Shown here in pieces: positions 28,457 through 32,000 of a stretch of 32,000 nucleotides of DNA. Numbering within the stretch: position 1 is the first letter of the stretch; each line of letters starts with the position of its first letter. The translations under genes were made by a program, and so were the position numbers. Under the pieces are notes generated by a model, which saw only the letters and a program-made list of their open reading frames with translations, ran no database searches and had not been told where the DNA came from. Origin of the DNA: Wolbachia endosymbiont of Onchocerca ochengi (lineage in GTDB: Bacteria > Pseudomonadota > Alphaproteobacteria > Rickettsiales > Anaplasmataceae); the NCBI RefSeq assembly GCF_000306885.1, contig NC_018267.1, positions 690,001 through 722,000 on the forward strand. Reading direction: 5' to 3'.

Positions 28457-29851
28457 TCATAATCCTTTAGTTACTAAATGAATTAACGAGTATAAATTTT
28501 CTATGTACATAAAAAGAACAATATTGATCAAGGAAGAAGCTGAAGTGATGATTAATAGACCCTTAGGATAAGTAATCTTACTGTTACTAGCTTTATCAAA
28601 ATACATAGCTTTTATAATATTTAGGTAATAGTAACATGATATAATACTTGCTACTACAAGGATCAAAGACAAACTGATAAAACCTGAGCTTATTAAACTT
28701 CTAAATATAGAAAGTTTAGCTAAAAAACCTGCAAGTGGTGGTATTCCCGCCATTGAAAGTAATAGTACAGAAAGATGAAAAGCCAAAATTGGGTGTTTTT
28801 TTCCAACACCAGCTAAATTAGCAACATTGCAATTGTCGTCGTCAATTTGTATAAAACACGAGAATAACCCTATACTTGTAATGATATATATCATTAAATA
28901 CATCAAGGAACTATCTATTCCTGTCCGTGTAAAGGTAGAAAGTGAAACAATCATGAAACCAACATGACCAATTGAACTGTAAGCAAGCAGCCTTTTTAGG
29001 TTTTTTTGGCGCAAAGCCCCGAAAGTGGAGATAAGCACAGATAATGTTGAAAAGCATAAGAGAATAGGTTGAACATAATTTTTTACATTTGCCAACTCTT
29101 CATTCATTAATCGAATTAAAAATGTTATAAGTGCAGCCTTTGGAGCGGTAGAAAAAAACATAGTTACTATAGTGGGTGCACCTTGATATACATCTGGAGC
29201 CCACATATGAAAAGGAACAATGGCAAGTTTGAAACACAAACCAATGAGAATAAAGACTAACCCAAAAACTATTCCGTAAGTTACCTGATGGTTTTGTACA
29301 AATAAACTTAACTGAAAAAAATCGATTTTTCCTGTATATCCATAAAGTAGTGACATGCCATATAGCATAATACAAGAAGATAGTGCACTAAGTGTAAAAT
29401 ATTTTGCTCCTGCTTCAGATGAATATGCTGAATTTTTATTAAAGCTTGTAAGAACATATAGAGATATACTCATCAGCTCAAAAGCTAAATAAAAAGAAAT
29501 TAAACTATTTGTTGAAACTAAAGTTATCATGCTGAATAGAGCAAAAAGAATCAGTACTGAAAACTCATATTTGTAGTTGTATTTTGATAAATCCAGTAGC
29601 AAAAGTACTAAAATTCCTATAATAAGGATTAACCCTTGGGCTGATCTAATATATAAATTAAGTTTTAATAACGAATTAAAGGAAAAAACTTCACTGTTTT
29701 CTATTGAAAGAATTAAAATTATTAAAGTTGCCACTGTACAACTAAGTGCTAGTAAGTTAATAATGCGGCGGCTAGACACAATTCCAAGTAGCAGCAACAC
29801 CAGTGAGGAGATAATAGAAAAAGTTTCTGGTAATACCTGTATGTAATTCAT
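28457..29851 (-). CDS. nuoN: NADH-quinone oxidoreductase subunit N
   Basis: FYLAFELMSISLYVL, KYFTLSALSSCIMLYGMSLLYG, PFHMWAPDVYQGAPTIVTMFFSTAPKAAL, AYSSIGHVGF. Confidence 0.97.
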   Translation of the reverse strand: MNYIQVLPETFSIISSLVLLLLGIVSSRRIINLLALSCTVATLIILILSIENSEVFSFNSLLKLNLYIRSAQGLILIIGILVLLLLDLSKYNYKYEFSVLILFALFSMITLVSTNSLISFYLAFELMSISLYVLTSFNKNSAYSSEAGAKYFTLSALSSCIMLYGMSLLYGYTGKIDFFQLSLFVQNHQVTYGIVFGLVFILIGLCFKLAIVPFHMWAPDVYQGAPTIVTMFFSTAPKAALITFLIRLMNEELANVKNYVQPILLCFSTLSVLISTFGALRQKNLKRLLAYSSIGHVGFMIVSLSTFTRTGIDSSLMYLMIYIITSIGLFSCFIQIDDDNCNVANLAGVGKKHPILAFHLSVLLLSMAGIPPLAGFLAKLSIFRSLISSGFISLSLILVVASIISCYYYLNIIKAMYFDKASNSKITYPKGLLIITSASSLINIVLFMYIENLYSLIHLVTKGL

Positions 29852-31290
29852 GGAATATTATATTTGATTAATAAACTTGCCATACATGGCTTCAAATAAT
29901 TTAGTGCAAAAGTTGGGTAAAATCCGAGCAAAACAATAAATACTGCAAGTAAAATTAGAATAGAAAATTCTATGCTATCTAGACGGTTATTTAACAATTT
30001 GGAACAGCTACTTCCCCATATTATCCGTTTGCATAAATTCAACATATAAACTGCGCTTAAAATAGTGCTAAGTGCAATAAGTCCTGTAAAAACTTTATTT
30101 TTTTTAAACATTCCAATCATAACCAAAAACTCACCTATAAATCCAGACGTTCCAGGTAGTCCTATTGAAGCCATTGAAAATAAAATGAACATAAAGCCAA
30201 ATTTTGGCATTGTGTTTACTATGCCAAAATACTTTGCAATTTTTAGTGTTCCAGTTCTAGTATGTAGCATTCCTACGCATAAAAATAAAGCAGCAGAAAT
30301 AAGACCATGGCTAATCATCTGGAATATAGCACCAAGTATACCCTCTTCGCAAAATGAAAAGAGACCAGCAGTAACAATTCCCATATGCGCTATAGAAGAA
30401 TAAGCTATTAACTTTTTTATATCGTCTTGAGCAAACGCAACTAGTGAGGTATAGATTCCTGTAATAATGCTGAGTATAACAACGAAATTTGAAAAATATA
30501 AACTTGCCTGGGGAAGCATTGGAATAGAGAATCTTAAAAATCCGTATCCTCCCATTTTAATAAGCAAACCAGCTAAAACCACAGATCCAGAAGTTGGCGA
30601 TTGCACATGCGCGTCAGGAAGCCAAGTATGAAATGGGAACATTGGTACTTTTATTGCAAAAGAAATAAAAAATGCGATCCATAACAATGATTGCACTCTA
30701 AAATCAAGGCTTGGCATTAACGTGATCAGTTTCTGTATGTCGTACGTTTCAAAAACGCTATAAATATATACTAACCCAAGCAGAAACAATAATGAACCGG
30801 TAAGTGTATATAGGAACAATTTAAACGTTGCATATATTCTGTATTTCCCTCCCCAAATGCCAATAATAAAGAACATTGGTACTAAAACAGCCTCAAAGAA
30901 TACATAAAAACTTATAGCATTTAGTGAAATAAAAAAACCGATTATAAAACTTTCAAGCAGTAAAAACAATGCCATATATGGCTTTAGAGTTTTATAACTT
31001 ATTTTGCAATTGTAGAGTATACAGGTACCAAACAAGAAAGTTGTGAGTAGAAGGAAAAATAATGATATACCATCTACCCCTATTCCAACATTTCTAATCG
31101 GATAGCTAACAAACTGAAAACCAGCATTGGTATAATTGTATTTTATACAAGCCACAATGCTAAGCAAAAATGGAAGAGCAACAAAAAATAAGGCAAGGAA
31201 CCTTAGGTATATAGATTTATGACTAATCTTTATTAAAGATAAAATTAATGCTCCCATTAGTGGAAGTGAGAATATACTAAGTAATAACAC
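29848..31290 (-). CDS. nuoM: NADH-quinone oxidoreductase subunit M
   Basis: FYVFFEAVLVPMFFIIGIWGG, KVPMFPFHTWLPDAHVQSPTSGSVVLAGLLIKMGGYGFLRF, AYSSIAHMGIVTAG. Confidence 0.98.
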   Translation of the reverse strand: MLLLSIFSLPLMGALILSLIKISHKSIYLRFLALFFVALPFLLSIVACIKYNYTNAGFQFVSYPIRNVGIGVDGISLFFLLLTTFLFGTCILYNCKISYKTLKPYMALFLLLESFIIGFFISLNAISFYVFFEAVLVPMFFIIGIWGGKYRIYATFKLFLYTLTGSLLFLLGLVYIYSVFETYDIQKLITLMPSLDFRVQSLLWIAFFISFAIKVPMFPFHTWLPDAHVQSPTSGSVVLAGLLIKMGGYGFLRFSIPMLPQASLYFSNFVVILSIITGIYTSLVAFAQDDIKKLIAYSSIAHMGIVTAGLFSFCEEGILGAIFQMISHGLISAALFLCVGMLHTRTGTLKIAKYFGIVNTMPKFGFMFILFSMASIGLPGTSGFIGEFLVMIGMFKKNKVFTGLIALSTILSAVYMLNLCKRIIWGSSCSKLLNNRLDSIEFSILILLAVFIVLLGFYPTFALNYLKPCMASLLIKYNIP

Positions 31291-31293
31291 TTT

Positions 31294-32000
31294 CTATTTA
31301 ATTCCAATAATATATAAAGCACTGATTATTAAAGCAATGAACATAATGAATGCATAATCGAATATGTAGCCAGTTTGTAATTTTATAGAATTTTTCGAAC
31401 ATTCACTAACTAATTTTATAACACCGTTTGGTCCGAATGAATCAATGATCTTGACATCAAATTTGTATAGAAGTTCAGATATAAACCTCGTTGGTACAAC
31501 TATAAAAAGTTCGTATATCTCATCAAAGTACCATTTATTCTGCAGAAATTTAAGTAAAAATTCACTTTTAATTTGTTTAATCGTTTGATAATAATAAGTC
31601 AAGTACGCAAATGCTATCCCACTCAGGCTTATTAAAATTGGTAGTAGTTTTATAAAGAAATCATGAACTTCATGCTCATCAGCAACCACTAAGCTTGACC
31701 TCCAAAATACATTATTAGTTATGTTTAAAATATTTACTCCCCATATTCCAGAAAACGCCGATCCAAAAGTAAGTATTGATAACGGTATAAGCATAACTAC
31801 TGGTGCTTCATGTATGTCAATTTTACTTTGCTTTCGGCTATGAAATACCAGAAGTAATACTCTCCAAGAGTAAAGCGCTGTAAAGAATGCAACAACTAAA
31901 CTTATTATAAAAGCAAAGCTGTCTGTATCATAAGCATGCTTAATTATCAAATCCTTTGAATAAAAACCTGCAAATGGAAATATTCCAGAAAGCGCAAGAG
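31294..32000 (-). CDS. nuoL: NADH-quinone oxidoreductase subunit L, N-terminal part outside the window
   Basis: The frame stays open to the window edge: LALSGIFPFAGFYSKDLIIKHAYDTDSFAFIISLVVAFFTALYSWRVLLLVFHS. NuoL C-terminal layout, directly upstream of nuoM. Confidence 0.96.
   Translation of the reverse strand, partial: LALSGIFPFAGFYSKDLIIKHAYDTDSFAFIISLVVAFFTALYSWRVLLLVFHSRKQSKIDIHEAPVVMLIPLSILTFGSAFSGIWGVNILNITNNVFWRSSLVVADEHEVHDFFIKLLPILISLSGIAFAYLTYYYQTIKQIKSEFLLKFLQNKWYFDEIYELFIVVPTRFISELLYKFDVKIIDSFGPNGVIKLVSECSKNSIKLQTGYIFDYAFIMFIALIISALYIIGIK

Noticed and set aside
29100-29375. 91-aa minus-strand ORF inside nuoN.
   Set aside because: It is an alternative frame of the well-conserved nuoN gene; spurious.

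Overview
The window looks like an AT-rich Wolbachia (Rickettsiales) chromosomal segment. This is inferred from gene content and protein style; no database search was run. Most of it is housekeeping. Plus strand: rppH-like Nudix (5' partial), tatD, murF, rpe, a two-TM hypothetical, an alpha/beta hydrolase, a small lipoprotein, dgt, mnmG, aminopeptidase P and a hypothetical. Minus strand: nuoABC-mdh, a hypothetical-HIT pair, tRNA-Arg(UCU), rpsO/pnp/truB, a cysteine desulfurase, an A-type Fe-S carrier with lolD, rpmF-plsX-fabH, and nuoL(partial)-M-N-birA-[ccmD-like]-ccmE. I see no intact novel defence, toxin or mobile system. The best observations lie outside the supplied ORFs. (1) The ~1.5 kb 'empty' gap at 25.85-27.11 kb holds two heavily decayed but readable adjacent pseudogenes, an MlaE-type ABC permease followed by its MlaF-type ATPase. 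(2) A degraded second copy of the 12169..12882 hypothetical gene lies on the minus strand just downstream of dgt (18262..18400). (3) Two small unlisted ORFs: a ccmD-like gene overlapping birA and ccmE, and a 57-aa lipoprotein. (4) An A-type Fe-S carrier with an Asp-rich insertion. Several ORFs in the supplied track carry the wrong strand label.
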